Shown: positions 32,005-44,610 of the stretch, in pieces | Layout of the letters: each line of letters starts with the position of its first letter | How positions within the stretch are numbered: position 1 is the stretch's first letter | DNA from: the human T2T-CHM13v2.0 reference genome, Homo sapiens | Strand: one strand, 5' to 3' | DNA: 64,000 nt | Assembly: GCF_009914755.1 (NCBI RefSeq) | Contig: NC_060927.1 | The notes under the pieces: generated by a model | Seen by the model: the letters and a program-made list of their open reading frames with translations, nothing else | Databases searched by the model: none | What the model was told of the DNA's origin: nothing | Translations under genes and position numbers: made by a program

Positions 32005-33365
32005 ATATTACAGTGTGGCACTGGCCAAGGATAGACCTATATAGCACAATAACAAATAGAGGGTCCAAAGACAGACCGACACGTATATGGTTAATTAATT
32101 TTCAGCAAGGATGTCAAGGTGGTTCAATGGTAAAAGACTAGCCATTCAAGCAAATTGTGCTCACACAATTGGCCATTTTGGGCCAAAAAATTCTCAATCC
32201 CACCTTGCGCCATGCAAAAATTAACTTGCAATAGATTATAAACCGAAATATCAAACGTAAAGTTATAATACTTATGAAATAAAAACCAAGAAAAATGTTT
32301 GTGAGCTTGGGTCAAGAAAAATTTCTTATTTAGAACTGAAAAATTTTGAACCAATTTTTTAAATCAGTAAATGTCTTCCTCAAAAGTAAAAGGTTGCATT
32401 TCAAAGAACACTGCAAAGAAATAACAATATAACTCTTCAGACTAGAAAACAATATTTTCAAAATACTTTTCTGATAAAAGATTTGTATCTGGAATATATA
32501 AAGAGCTATTATAACTTAGTAAGAAAAAATAACCCAAACTATGTAAAAGATTTGAGCAGAAATTTTCCCAAAGATGTATAAATAGCCATTAAGAATGTGA
32601 AAACATGCTCATTATCATTAGTCATTAGTGAAATGCAAACTGAAACCACAATGAGATATCATTACACATTTACTAGATTGGCTAAAAAAACAACTGATAA
32701 GACCAAATACTAGTGAGAGTATGAAATATCTGGAACACTTATATATTAAGTGATGATGCGAAGCAGTACAGACATTTTAGAAATTAGTTTGTTCATTTTT
32801 TTACAAAGTAAAGCAGTTATCAATTGACCCACCTATCCCAATCCTAGGTGGAGAAATAAAATACATGTTCAAAAAAAATCTGTGTGGGAAAGTTTATTGC
32901 AGCTTTATTCATAATTGCTGAAAAGTAGAAACAACTCAAATGTCAATCAACAGTTAAATAGTTAACTGTGGAACACCACCCAACGGAATAATTTTCAGCA
33001 ATAATATAGAAATAAGTAGTGATGCATGCATCGTCATGGATGAATCACAAATACATTATGCTAACTGAAAGAAGCCAGGTTCAAAAGGCTACACATGGTA
33101 GAATTGCCTTGATATGATGTTGGGAAAAGCCACAACTATAAGGTCATAAAAAGGAATAGTGTTAGCTAGATTGGCTGGATGTGAGGAAGGTGGATTCACT
33201 ACAAAAGAGTATCTGGGAACTTTTTGGCGTAATGCAAATGCTCACTAAATGGTGGTTGCAAGACTGTGCATTTGTTTAAAAATGAGTGAAATGCAGAAAA
33301 ATGTAATTTTATTGTTTGTAAATTATAATCCAATAATGTTGACTTAAATTTTTAAAATAATTTTA
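32005..33365 (+). mobile_element. L1ME1/L1MD-like 3' fragment
   Basis: ACAGTGTGGCACTGG...GAAATGCAAACTGAAACCACAATGAGATA...CATGGATGAATCACAAATACATTATGCTAACTGAAAGAAGCCAG. Confidence 0.8.
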
Positions 33366-33742
33366 ATATAGAGGCCTTACATTTATTTTATGGGAACATT
33401 ACTCCTAAATATTTTGTGTTTTTGATACTATTTTAGATCTCACGTATAAGGCATGCCCTCAATAACTCATGGACTTACAAAGAAGAAAAAAAAAGCACAT
33501 AACTTTTTATGTGCTTTTTAAAAATTCAGCCTTGAATTGTTTCTTAAAGCATAAAATTATGTTTAATTTTATTGTCTTGGTTAAGTTCCAAAAAAATCCG
33601 CTGAACTGTTACATTAATTCTAATTTGTAAAAAATGCTTTTGAATTTTTCCTTGTACACAATTATCTCACTAGTGGATTATAAATTTTTTTTATTCCGCA
33701 AAAAAGTAATTTAAAAAAATTAAGTTCATATATCTCATGTCA

Positions 33743-34145
<403 letters not shown>

Positions 34146-34257
34146 TTATTTTTCTCACGTTTATAATTTAATTGCCCTAATTATTTAATGTAAGGTATCT
34201 GTGTTGGATGTGTTTTATTTATAAGACTCATTTATGCCGGCTCGGCTCTAACTTCCC

Positions 34258-34557
34258 ATTTTTATTATTATTTCTTTTTAAGACAAACTCACTCTCTCTT
34301 GCCCAGGCTGGAGTTCAGTGGCGCAATCTAGGATCACTGCAACCTCTGCCTCCCAGTCTCAAGCCATCCTTCCCCCTCAGCTTCCCAACTGGAACTACAA
34401 AGGCGCACCACCATGCCCGGCTAATTTTTGTATTTTTCGTAGAGATAGAGTCTTACCATATTGCCCAGGTTGTTTACGAACTTCAGAGCTCCAGCAATCT
34501 GCCCCACTCTGCCTCCCAAAGTGCTGGGATCACAGGCGTGAGCCTAGGCGCCCGGCC
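34258..34557 (-). mobile_element. AluJ
   Basis: Diverged full dimer (CTCAAGCCATCCT, ATTGCCCAGG). Confidence 0.9.
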
Positions 34558-34619
34558 TTATTTCCTATTTTTTAAATAATAGATTCTCAATTTCCCTCGA
34601 GAAGAAAATTCAGTGCCAC

Positions 34620-35005
34620 ATTCCATCTGTGAATTTAAGCTGAATGAATACACGCACAATCAGAACACCACATACCCTGCCCACAGTAAATGATTTAGGG
34701 ATCAACAAATGGCTGATGACAGGTTTATCAATCTTCAGAATTTTACCGGATTTATTTAGAAGATGGAGCATTCTTTCCATGAAGCTTGTAGAGATGTAGA
34801 ATGTCAGGGACTGCTGTCTGGTGAGAACCTCTTTGTTGATAAAGCCAGCACACAGGAAATCGGAACTGAGGGACAGAGACAGAATTCTGATAATATCTTT
34901 GATTCAATTTTCCCGGAAGCCAAATTGGTTTCTCTACTTTTCAGTTATGTGAAACAATAAATTAACCTTTTTTTTTTTCTGGAACCAGTTTGAATGTGAG
35001 TATCC
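34620..35005 (+). mobile_element. MLT1J/K-like LTR remnant
   Basis: CTTTTCAGTTATGTGAAACAATAAATT...CCAGTTTGAATG 3' motif. Confidence 0.6.
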
Positions 35006-35876
35006 TCTGATTTACTGAGGCACAAAATGGAACATTGGTCTGAAAACAAAGAGGTCTCACATATAAGGCATGTCCTCAATAACTCACAGACTTACAAAGA
35101 AGAAAAAAAAGCACATAATTTTTTTCTATGCTAAATTAATTGATTACCTCACTCAAAGGATTACCTCACTTTTGAGAATATTTATAAGAATAAATTGAAT
35201 TAACGAAATGTGAGCCATTTCCTTATGCAAGCCAAGAGGCTAACAGTATTTTCAAAGTAAATAAAATCTTTATTTGAGTAAAAAGATGCGGTCCTACATA
35301 AAGTCAGATTCATGTTCTATTTAATGCTATTGGCAGCTTTTTGGACTTACTTTTTTCAAAGATCGAGATTCTTTAATCATTGTAAGTTTTCAAGATCAGA
35401 TAAGGAATATGTGATTCCAAACATTTAAAAATAAATTGCTTTGCCATCTGTGGGGAAAAAAGCACATAGAGACGGCCTCAAGCACTGTTATCAGAAGCTG
35501 GAAATAAAACCAAAGACCCTGCCAGACTTCTTGGATCAAATACCTGTTCATTACTAGCCACTCTTTGCCATTTTTCTTAATTATACTATTGTTAAATAAA
35601 AACTGAAAAAATATGTAGTAATCTATAACATTGAAAATATTGCTAAATAACATTTTTAGAATGCAATAAATTAGAAACCAGTCAAACTCTGTGGCTACTT
35701 AGCTTCTAATAATGATTTATTAAAATTTTGAACTTAACAAAAAGTTAATTAAATAATTTGTAGGACATACTAGTGTGAATTGTGTAAAAAAATTAATAAT
35801 ATTACTAAGGTTAACTCAAGAAATTTTGTGCCTATAAATATACATAAAATGTCAATCTCTGTATGTAGGTACAGTA

Positions 35877-36231
35877 CAGTGGGCCTCTATATCTGTGAGT
35901 TTTGCATCCTTCGATTTAACCAATCATGGATCCAAAATATTTAGAAAAAAAAGATAATTGTATCTGTACTAAATACGTACACATTTTTTTCTTGTCATCA
36001 TTCCTGAAACAATACAGTATAACAGCTACTTACATAGCACTTACATTGTATTAGTTATTATAAGTAACCTAAAGACAATTTGAAGCATACAGGAGGTAAG
36101 ATGTTTATAGGTTATATGCAAATAATATACACCATTTTACATAAAAGACTTGGGCATCAGCAGATTTTGGTATCACCTGGGCCAGGGGTGGGGAGCTGAA
36201 ACCAATTCCCCATGGATCATAAGGGTGACTG
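35877..36231 (+). mobile_element. Tigger3a (MER7A) DNA transposon
   Basis: CAGT...ACTG termini with TA TSDs; TTGTCATCATTCCTGAAACAATACAGTATAAC core. Confidence 0.9.
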
Positions 36232-36274
36232 TATATAAACTGCCTAGCATCAAGTATGTCTTTAACACACAATT

Positions 36275-37120
36275 TTTAATAGGATTGCATTAAACCTATA
36301 TAATAATTTAGAGAGAACTGACATCTCTTTCACGTTGAGGTTTATAATCCGTGAGCATGATATGTCTTCTCATTTATCTAGGTCTTCTTTGATTTCTTCC
36401 ATCAGCATTTCATAATTTTTTTGGATACATATGCTCTGAAGTAAGTTTAAGTAGTACCGTGTTTTAATTTTTGACAAAAAGGTAGTTGATATTTGTGCAT
36501 TGTTCATAAATCTTGCAACCTTGTTGAATTCACTAAATAGGTCTAGGTTTTAAAAAAATAGAAGGATTTTTAGTGAAGACGATCACATCATATGCTAACA
36601 GGAACAATTTTATTTCTTCCTTTCCAATCTGTATGACTTTTTTTTTCTCCTTTTTGCACTGGCTAGAACTTCTGAGTGAATAGAGTAGTAAAACCAGACA
36701 TCCTTACCTTGTTTCAATCTTGGAAGGAAAAAGAGTCCGTCTTTTAGTCTTAGGTGTGATGTTAGCTGAAAGTTTTGGTAGATGCTCTTAACTCCACTGT
36801 ATTTCTAATGTGCTGAGAGTTTGTTTCTTTGTTTTAATCATAAATCAGTGCTGGATTTTTGTTAAATGCTTTTCTGTGTCAGCTGATACAATCACATGAC
36901 TTTTCTTGTTCAGCCTGTTGATATGGTGAATTAAACTGATTGATTTTCAAATGTTGAACCAGTCTTACATACCTGGAAAATATTCCATATGTAATGATGT
37001 TAATTATTTTTATACATTGCTGGATTTAATTTGCTAATGCTAAGGGCTTTTATGTCTAAGCTCATGAGAAATATTTGTCTATATTTTCTCCTTTTTACTT
37101 TGTGCTGTTTTTATGGATTT
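36275..37120 (-). mobile_element. Old L1 ORF2 fragment (L1M4/L1MC-type)
   Basis: GGATTGCATTAAACCTATA...TTTATTTCTTCCTTTCCAATCTGTATG...TTTTCAAATGTTGAACCAG. Confidence 0.8.
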
Positions 37121-37409
37121 GTATGGTAGATCTAGATAGTATCTAGACGATGGAAATTTGAAAAGCTCTTGGAACCATTTTCTCACAGCTTTTTTGTCTT
37201 TTTTCCCCCAACTTTGCAGAGATTCACCCTACACATGCACATCTTAGTAAGACTCAAGAAAAACCTGATCAGATTTCTAGATTTCTGTATAGATCCCTCT
37301 TTTTCACAACTCTGCTCTGTAGCTTCCAGTTAATTTAGACTTTCTAATCTGTGTCTTCTCAAATCAGTGATACTTCTGTGTTTTTTGGGGGTGAGGGAGA
37401 ATTCGTCTC

Positions 37410-37886
37410 TATAATGGTTAATTTTGTATGTCAACCTGGCTGGGCCATAAGGCCCAGATATGTGGTTATATTTATAGGTGTTCCTTTGAGGGTGCTTTTT
37501 TTTTTCTTAAAATTAACTTTCAAATCTGTGGACCTTGAATAAAGCAGATTCTCCTTCGTAATGTGGGTGGGCCTCACCTAATCAGTTAAAGGCATGAATT
37601 AAACAAAAGACTGATCTCCCCCAGCATGAGAAAATTCTGAAGCAAATGAATTTCAGTCTTCAACAGCAACACTAGCTTTTCCCTAAGTCTCCTACCTAAT
37701 GGGCTTTGGACTTGAACTGGAGCACCGGCTCGGCCCTGAGTCATCTCTAGCCTGCTGGCCCACCTTGTAGATTTTGGACTTACCAGTCTTAATAATGCAT
37801 GAGTCAATTTTTCAAAATAGTATATTTTTTTTCTGTAAATACATATCCTGTTGGTTCTATTTCTCTGGAAAGCCCCAACTAATGCA
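37410..37886 (+). mobile_element. MLT2D-like (ERVL) solo LTR
   Basis: ATGGTTAATTTTGTATGTCAACCTGGCTGGGCCA...TCCTGTTGGTTCTATTTCTCTGGA...ACTAATGCA. Confidence 0.9.
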
Positions 37887-38599
37887 CTTTCTGTGCTCTG
37901 TGATCTGAAATATATCTCCAGGAAGAAAAATTGTAAGACATAGTACTCACTTTTATTTGCTTCATTTCTCTCAGAGACAACAGTTCTGTGCTGCTTGTAG
38001 TTCAATGTTTAAAAATTTATCTCATGTATTTTTCTGTATTTCATATAGTTTTCTGTTTTCTAGTTACTTTTTAGGGTGTAAGGTTAAATCCAGTTCCTAT
38101 TACTTCATTATGGCTACAAATGAAAGTCTAACTTAATTTAAAGTCTAAGAAAACAACTCAGTTTCCACGTCCCCTATAATGTTTTGTTTCTGTTCTCCAA
38201 ATACGTGTTAGTCCTTTTATTAATTTGTGTGTAAATGGAAATGTGAATGCTTTTTATTTAACAGAAAGAAGACATAACATTTGTCTATAGTCAAATACGA
38301 GTTTACATACTAGCTCCACCACACACTAAGTGCTATGAGCAGTTTATGTGCCTTCTCAGGTCTATTATTTCCTCACTTAACAATTGTGAGTAATAATTGC
38401 TTAATATAATTATTGGATATAAAGCACCTGGGACACACTGTACCTTCAGTAATTGCTAGTGTACTGAGAACAATTTCCTGGGAAATTCTCCACCCTTTTC
38501 CTCCATGTCAATGTAAAGTAAAGCCATAATGCCGTTTTGTGTATTAAGTCTATGTTTTCCAAGCTGCATTTAGTATAGGTGTAGACACCTGGTAGTTGT

Positions 38600-38948
38600 A
38601 AGATTTAAAGCTCAAGTATTGTATGCAGCAGCCATGTTTCCTATCATCATGAATAACAGAGACAAGAAGGATGAAGACAACGAGGAGGACAAGCAGGAGG
38701 TAAAAGAGGAAGACGAGAAGCAGAAAGTGAGAGAGAGAGAAAGAAAGGATTTCTAGGTGACGAAATATTTTTCTGGTAATATTCAATTCTTTGGATTAAT
38801 TTTTTTCTTAAGGTCCAGAGACCAGCTGCATTCCATTCTGTGAGTTCCGTGAAACACCTCAGTATCCTTACAATAAAGTTTCACCTTGGTTTAAGTTAGG
38901 CTAAATTTAAATTTTGAGTTTTGCAATTCAACAATTTTCCACTAATAG
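38600..38948 (+). mobile_element. Ancient MLT1 (M/N/O-like) LTR remnant
   Basis: GCAGCCATGTTT...GA-rich...CCTTACAATAAA...TTTGCAA...ACTAATA architecture. Confidence 0.45.
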
Positions 38949-39929
38949 TGTTTATCTGTTCTTCAACCTTGATATTCTTTGTTACCTTGGACATTTTAAT
39001 TCATATATTTTTCCTTCTGTAGCAACTCAGATAATGATTTGCTCTTTCACTCTCTAATACTTTGTAAGATTTAAAGAGAGTTTTTAAACAATATATATTG
39101 AGTTTATTAATGATGTGCAGTACAGAAGTCAGCATAAAGTGAGTAGCAAAACTACTCATCCTATGAATACATTTTATTAGCCTTTAAATGTCCCCACTTG
39201 CACTGCTTCTCATAATCCTAAATCTTTAATTATAAATAACTTTAATTACAGTCCTTCTTTTGCATGGCGAAAGTAATGAAATATGGAACTTGTTGGCCAA
39301 ACTTATATGAATTCATAACTTAACAATTGGAGTGAAATCTGCAAATATTCAAACACGTCTCCAGTGTAACAAAAAAAAATGTAACAGTGAGTCACAGAAT
39401 AGGTTCACCTCAGTTCCACCTAAATAAACACTGCATAAAGCATTATTCAACATTAATTTACTTCTTCAATAACTCACTGCAGTGACAGAAAGTCCCAGGC
39501 AACAGTTTCGAAATAACATGAACTATCTTCAAGAGAGACCCAAACTGGATCTAGCAATCAGAAATCTTGACTTAGAAATCTAGAATGGACATAAAGAGAA
39601 TATCTGTCCCAGACTCCTGCTTTCAAGTAGTTGATATCATCAAACTTTATTTTACGTACAGGTAACTGTGACCTACAAATATATAATGCTTTGGCTAAGG
39701 TCTCCTTCTTTTTTTGAAAATGAAATCACGGCAAGAATCTAGTGTTCATCTATTAATTCAATTATTTATATAGCAAATAACTATGTAATGAATACTTATT
39801 ACACGCCAGTCACTGTGTTAGTTGGTATGGATAAATGGCAGATGAGCCGAGCAGAAGATTGGGTCTTATAAATTTTATTTAAAAAATTACATTTCTTCTA
39901 CATATATTATTGAAAAAGAAGCTTTCTAA

Positions 39930-40530
39930 TATTCTTCCTTTTTTCTATGCTTAATGAACTTATCAATTATTTAATCAATAGGTTACAACTCACTCTTATT
40001 AGTTCTCATTCTAATGCTCAAATTCTCACAGATCTGTCCAGTGGCAATGCATTACATTTGGATATTATGTCCTTTTGGCTTGTAATCATTATTGTTTAAC
40101 AGCTTCCTTATTTTCTGGAATAGCAAGTTGTTTCAGGATGATTCTGGATATTCCAGTTTCAACTCTGAAATTAGGCATTTCTCAAGGCAGCCCTTTGTTA
40201 TTTTTAATGAGAATAGTTTCTAGGATCCCATATCTGGATAATGGTAGTCATTGCTAGATGTCTCTCGATACAATGCACTAGAAGGACTCAACGCCATATC
40301 TGTGGTATATCTCCTGAATGCGTAACATAAATCTAATCTTCAGTAGACCTCAGACAAGCCAAATTGAGAGGGAGTCTACAAAATAAATGGCTCACACTCT
40401 TTAAAAATACTAAGGTAATGAAAGAAAAATACATTCTGAGGAAATCTACTATACTAAAGGCAACTAAAGAAATATGACAACACAATGGAACATGTGATCC
40501 TGAATTGGATCCTACCACAGAAAAATTATA
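39930..40530. mobile_element. Two old L1 3'UTR fragments in opposite orientations (L1MC4/5-like minus ~39930-40258; L1MC/ME plus ~40260-40530)
   Basis: GATCTGTCCAGTGG / CATTTCTCAAGG and CAGACAAGCCAAATTGAG...GTGATCCTGAATTGGATCCT motifs. Confidence 0.6.
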
Positions 40531-41351
40531 GTACACAACAAACTATTTTAAGTGTAATTGTGATTAGTGCTACCATGGAAAAGTGGAAGATGCAGTGTTC
40601 TCATGAGACCAATATGGAAAAGAAGATAAAGGAAATGCAAGTTATTTACTATATGGAATTTCCTGATAGTTTGGTATGATATAATGAATATCAGTTTTGG
40701 ATGAAGAGGACACAAGTTCAATTCCCAGCCTTATTCAAGTACTAGTTCCTCAACTATGAGTTAAGTCACTTACTTATACTGACTCTCATTTATTGTGAGA
40801 TAATTATGTGAAAATGTTTTTAAAACTCCAAAGCATTTTATAAATAATAATCATTGTTAAATATAGATTAGCGTAGTCTTCTTAATCTATTTCTTTGACT
40901 TTAGTCTGTTATCCTGGGTCCATAGTTCACAATGTTACAGTTTCATCTCCCTCACCCAAAGTTACTGGAAAATATTTTCTTCATGACTGCTACTCCATAA
41001 AGCATATATTTTTTCTGTATGCCATGATGTAGACTGAAAGCAACCTGATGGCAAGGAGTGCTTCTTCATTGTCTTCATATCTTGCCAGAACAAAAAAACA
41101 AAATGCCTGGAGAAAAAAGGATAAATTCAGTGATGTTTGATGAGTGAACAAATGATTATGGGTAGCTGGTAAAAGCCAGTGGATCCGGTATCCAAATACC
41201 TCACTATACTATCTTAGGAAAGTCAACACGCTGCTCTCATTTTTGCTTTTTTACTTGTAAAATCAAGAAAATAATATCTGCCTTAAATGGCCCTTGTGAG
41301 TCAATGAAAATAATGCCCTTGCATGTGCTTAACACATGTGATATGTCATGT

Positions 41352-41670
41352 GTATTAGTTTTCTAGGGTTCTTTTAACAAAGCACCACAAACTTGGGGTG
41401 GCTTAAAACAATATAATATTTTTTTCATAGTTCCACAGTCCAGAAGTCCAAAATGGAGGGGTTAACAGGGTTGGTTCCTTCTAGAGGCATTGAGAGAGAA
41501 ACTATTCCATCCTTCCCTCCTAACTCCTGGTGACGTCAACAATCTTTTATGTTCCTTGCCTTGCAGATGCATCACTTCAATCTCTATCTTCATTTTTGCA
41601 TAGCTTTCCTTTTGTGTCTGGGTGTGTCTGTCTCTTCTTTTCTGTCTCTTTATAAGGATACTTGTCATTT
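41352..41670 (-). mobile_element. MLT1C LTR, partial
   Basis: TATTAGTTTTCTAGGG...CAGATGCATCACTTCAATCTCT...TATAAGGATAC. Confidence 0.85.
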
Positions 41671-42307
41671 TGTTCAGAGTACTCAAAAAAGGGGGAAGGG
41701 AAGAGAGGATTTTCTCCTTTCCCGAATGGAATTTGATGTTGCTTCTATGCATTAGTGCTTTGCTAATGATGACAGTGTCTCAGCATTTTGATGGGGTTGA
41801 TATGGTGCACAGCACCTCTGGTGGTACCCCATCCAAGGTTGTATAGATGATAATAGCTGATAGCCCACTCTGTGTAGTAGCAAAAGCTGGTGCAATTGGT
41901 AAAACTAGATGATAGCAGTTTGGGAATTTCTGCAAATATTGTCCACCAGGAATACTGGTAGTGATGCCCCTGTACAATTTTATGGGCCCAGGCAATATTA
42001 ACAATAGCCCAATGGATTGCGGATAATAAAATCATAGAAGAAGATGGAAGAAATCAGACAGATGAAACATAACTTAGAGAGTCTTCAGAAATAAGTGAGA
42101 CTATCTGGAGTATCAAAGGTCTAGCAATTTCTGATATATGTGAGTTAGGAAAATATAGCTATGTTTTTTTGTTTCAGGCCTGTGAGTTTGTAAAACTTAG
42201 AAGCTTCCCACAAGTTATTTAGGCATAACATTCCCTTTTAAGTATTAAGATATCTAAATTTAATGGGTCTGGATAATTTAATTCAATAATTATTTATTGA
42301 ATACGTA

Positions 42308-43032
42308 TGTCGTAGGCAGAATGTTCCCCCAAAGATGTCCATACACTAATCATTGGATTTTAAGAATAGATTACCTCAGTTGGCAGAAGAGACTTTGCAG
42401 ATATAATTAGAAGTAGAGAGTTTAAAATGGGGAAATTATTCTGGATGGTCTGGGTGGGTTCAATTTAATCACACAAACCATTGAAAGCAGATATTTATTA
42501 GAAGTAGAGAGTTTAAAATAGGGAGATTATTCTGGATAGTCTGGATGGGCTGAATTTAATCACACAAACCGTTGAAAGCAGTGAAGTTATTTGGTGGGGA
42601 GCAAAGGAAGTGTGCAAGAGGGCAAGTTAGAGAAAATCAAATCATGAGAAGGGCTTGGCTTGCCCTTTCTGGTTTGAAGATGGTGGGAGAAACACCATGA
42701 GAATGCAGGTGGCCTTATGGAGCTGTGACAGGCTCTCTGCTGACAGTCAACATATATAGAAGGACCTCAGCTATACAGTCACAAGGAAATGAATTCTGTT
42801 AAGAACTTACATGAGCTTGGAAGTAGATTCTCCTGTAGAGCCTCCATAAATAAACTTGGCCCTGTTGGTACCTTGACTTTGGTCTTGTGACACTTAAAAA
42901 ACAAACAAACAATCAAAACAGATAAGCCACGCTGTATCAGGATTCTGACCACAGAACTGGGAAAAGTCATATTGCTTCACCCACTAAGTTTATGAGAATT
43001 TGTTACCACAGCAACAGAAACCTAATTCTACA
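42308..43032 (+). mobile_element. MLT1D/E LTR with internal 90-bp tandem duplication
   Basis: GGCAGAATGTTCCCCCAAAGATGTCCA...AAGGAAATGAATTCTG...CCACTAAGTTTATGAGAATTTGTTAC. Confidence 0.85.
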
Positions 43033-44389
43033 AATAATATAGAAACATTTTTCTAGGTGCTAGAGACATATAGAAATTAATAAAATGTGATGGAGCCATT
43101 TCCATTCTTTAGAGTTACAAATAAGTCAAGAAAAGGCAAGAAAGTAGAGGGATGTCTTTTGATTCAAAATATTAAGAGGGACTGCCTAGAAAAATTGAAA
43201 TATGAGTTGAGCTAAGAAGAATTTTCAAGATAAAGTGAATTTTGCTAAAATGAATATTTATGTCAATTTATGAACAACATCCTCTGTTCCTTCCATAAGA
43301 TTGAGTGATCATTCCAATCTAGCTTTCTTTGAATGTCCATAGAGTCTGGTCAAAAGTTAATTATCCCTACCTTTTCTGATGGATGGATAGATCAGTAGCT
43401 AGCAGGATAATATATGCGTAACCATTCAAGAATGGATTGTCCTAAGTATAATGCACATGAATTTATATGAAATACACTTGATTTCCCTTTTTTCTTTTCC
43501 TTAACCTTTTTGTAGATTGTAAAATTAATGTTTATGTAAAAAGTTAAATATACCAGGACTTCAAAGAAAATCAAAGTCACCTGAAGTCATATCAAGTGAT
43601 AAATACATTACATATTAGAATGTATTTTTCTAGTCTTTATTCTAAACAATATATTACACAAATATAGTTATTTGTTTGACATCAAATTGGAATCACATAA
43701 CATTAAATACTTTTGTAAAGTCCGTTTTCACAATATATTATTATATTATATAAAATATTACATGTCATTGTTAATGCTGGCGTAGCAGCAACACCCTATG
43801 TGTCACCAATTACTTGGAAAAGTAGATTGTTTTCTAAATTTTTACTATTTTAAGATATGCTGTAGTAAAAACTATTATAGAATACTCTTTCTATAAATAA
43901 ATTATTACTTCTGTAGAGTAAGCATTCCATCTTCAATAAAATGTACTGTCTGAAATTGTCCCATAAGCGGTATATCATGGAACCAGTGCCTAAAGGGGAC
44001 ACAAAGAATCAAACTAAAAAACAACAAAACAACCATAGTTTGAGATATGGAGTCAGGGTGTCAGAGTTATGAAAAGGGAGCTATAGTTCCTATAAATTAG
44101 TTTTGAGCAAAAACCTGGGAAGATATCCAACTGTAGAAGTATGAAATTGCTTTAATTTTTTTAAAACAGGGCAGCTATTAAGTTGCTTTTAGCTAATGAG
44201 TCTTTTTAGTATTGTATTCCTATACCAAGGATCAGTCAGTAATTATTTTGATCAGGATTTTAAAATTTCCCTTGCACAACAAGTAAGAGATCTCTTTTGG
44301 CCTTAAAGCTAATGGATTGTATAGATTTCCAAACCCAATTCTCCTTGCTAAAGGAAAAGAAAAACAACAAAAAACTGACAGCAACAGAA

Positions 44390-44610
44390 TGCCTTTTATG
44401 AGTGGGCCACTAGTCTGGCACTTTATAGATCTTATTTAATCCTCATCCCAAACCCTGTGAAATAGATAAATATTTACTCCATTTTGTAGATGAGGAAATT
44501 GAAAGTCTGTGCACTTAAACAATATTAATATAACCGAAGTAGCATTATTAATAAATTGAAAAACCGTAATTCAAAAACCACATCTGCACAGTCTTAAAAC
44601 TCAGATTTTC
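44390..44610 (-). mobile_element. MIR
   Basis: TTATTTAATCCTCA...CCATTTTGTAGATGAGGAAATTGA core. Confidence 0.75.

Noticed and set aside
37131-37147. Palindrome TCTAGATA-G-TATCTAGA at an L1 fragment junction
   Set aside because: An 8-bp stem is expected by chance in 64 kb of AT-rich DNA.
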